DNA from: an uncultured delta proteobacterium
Lineage (GTDB): Bacteria > Desulfobacterota > Binatia > UBA9968
Assembly: GCA_963737905.1 (NCBI GenBank)
Contig: CAVTUQ010000004.1
Span: forward strand, 64,001-128,000
Length of the DNA stretch: 64,000 nucleotides
Direction of reading: 5' to 3'
Part shown: piece by piece, positions 63,386 through 64,000 of the stretch
Layout of the letters: each line of letters starts with the position of its first letter
Position numbering within the stretch: the stretch's first letter is position 1
Made by a program: the position numbers and the translations under genes
The notes under the pieces: model-generated
What the model saw: only the letters and a program-made list of their open reading frames with translations
What the model was told of the DNA's origin: nothing
The model's database searches: none

Positions 63386-64000
63386 CTAATCCTCGGTCCA
63401 CGCATCGTCGTAAAATTCATGCGGGTTGAAGTCGAGCACCAATCCCCTGCCCTGCTTCGAAAGCTTGTCATAGATCAGCCCGCCGATGGCCGCGGCGCCG
63501 ATGCCCCAAAACGCGCAGTTTTTGAAGTAAGTGATTTGCGCTAGCATCGGTCCGTCCGGTTTTTTCACCCCGGATAACCTCTCCGGCGTCGACAATCTTG
63601 CGCGCGATGTTCGGACGATCGAGCGAGGCTTCCCAAAACACGGCGGTCTTGTCGAGTTCTTCCTGTCCCCAAACATTGGTCATTAAAATGTCGGACCGCT
63701 CCAGGGTGCGTTCGTCGATCTCCCGGCGCATTTGGTTGATATAGCCTCTCTTTTTCAGTGCGATATTGCTCGATACGATCGAGGTGACATGCTGGCCCGG
63801 AACCAGCCAATCGCCATCAAAAACCGGAACATTCGAATTGGTTGCGCAGATAATCACATCGGCGCCATTAACAACCTCGGCCGGTGAATCGACGGCGACG
63901 ACTTCGATGCCCAGAATCGCGGTCATTTCGACTGCGAATTTTTCTCGATTCTCTCGTGTCGGGCTGAAGACACGCACCTTGTTGATCGATTTCCGGATAC
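63386..64000 (-). CDS. Ornithine cyclodeaminase / mu-crystallin family (5' end outside window; frameshift near 63540)
   Basis: RVFSPTRENREKFA, ADVIICATNS..PVFDG.WL.PGQHVTSI, REID, GRT...ITYFKN. Confidence 0.85.

Noticed and set aside
1-64000. Genome-wide TGA reassignment (genetic code 4 or 25) as the explanation for in-frame TGAs
   Set aside because: Many complete genes end at TGA (for example 2086, 7968, 9400, 33444 and the ATGA overlaps), and internal TGAs occur only at catalytic Cys positions.
1-64000. CRISPR array, rRNA or tRNA (including tRNA-Sec)
   Set aside because: No regularly spaced 25-45 nt repeats with unique spacers and no cloverleaf or rRNA signatures found by eye; a tRNA/Rfam scan would be needed to exclude them fully.

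Overview
Bacterial chromosomal window, moderately GC-rich, standard code 11 (many genes end in TGA). The gene content resembles soil Deltaproteobacteria/Ca. Binatia-type genomes (inference only): orphan ABC substrate-binding proteins, amidohydrolases, ThDP and FAD oxidoreductases, two cyclase-AAA-TPR proteins, five type II toxin-antitoxin pairs, a sigma54 activator with its target operon, ThyX and an IS21 remnant. The main result is five genes that the ORF track splits at an in-frame TGA. Each TGA lies at the family's catalytic Cys position and is followed 9-15 nt later by a hairpin with a G-containing loop, matching bacterial SECIS geometry. They are an ArsM-like methyltransferase (WAA-U-IGGAL), a divergent peroxiredoxin-fold protein (YHPN-U), an exported Prx-like protein (W-U-PFC) and two tandem AhpD/CMD paralogs (CSY-U). 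The AhpD pair lies in a putative operon with a reductive-dehalogenase/QueG-like Fe-S enzyme and an ornithine-cyclodeaminase-family enzyme, next to a TIGR04283-like glycosyltransferase. This is a candidate undescribed selenium-dependent redox system. No selA/B/C/D genes were seen in the window. About ten other genes carry frameshifts, probably sequencing or assembly indels, and one histidine kinase has an in-frame TAG.
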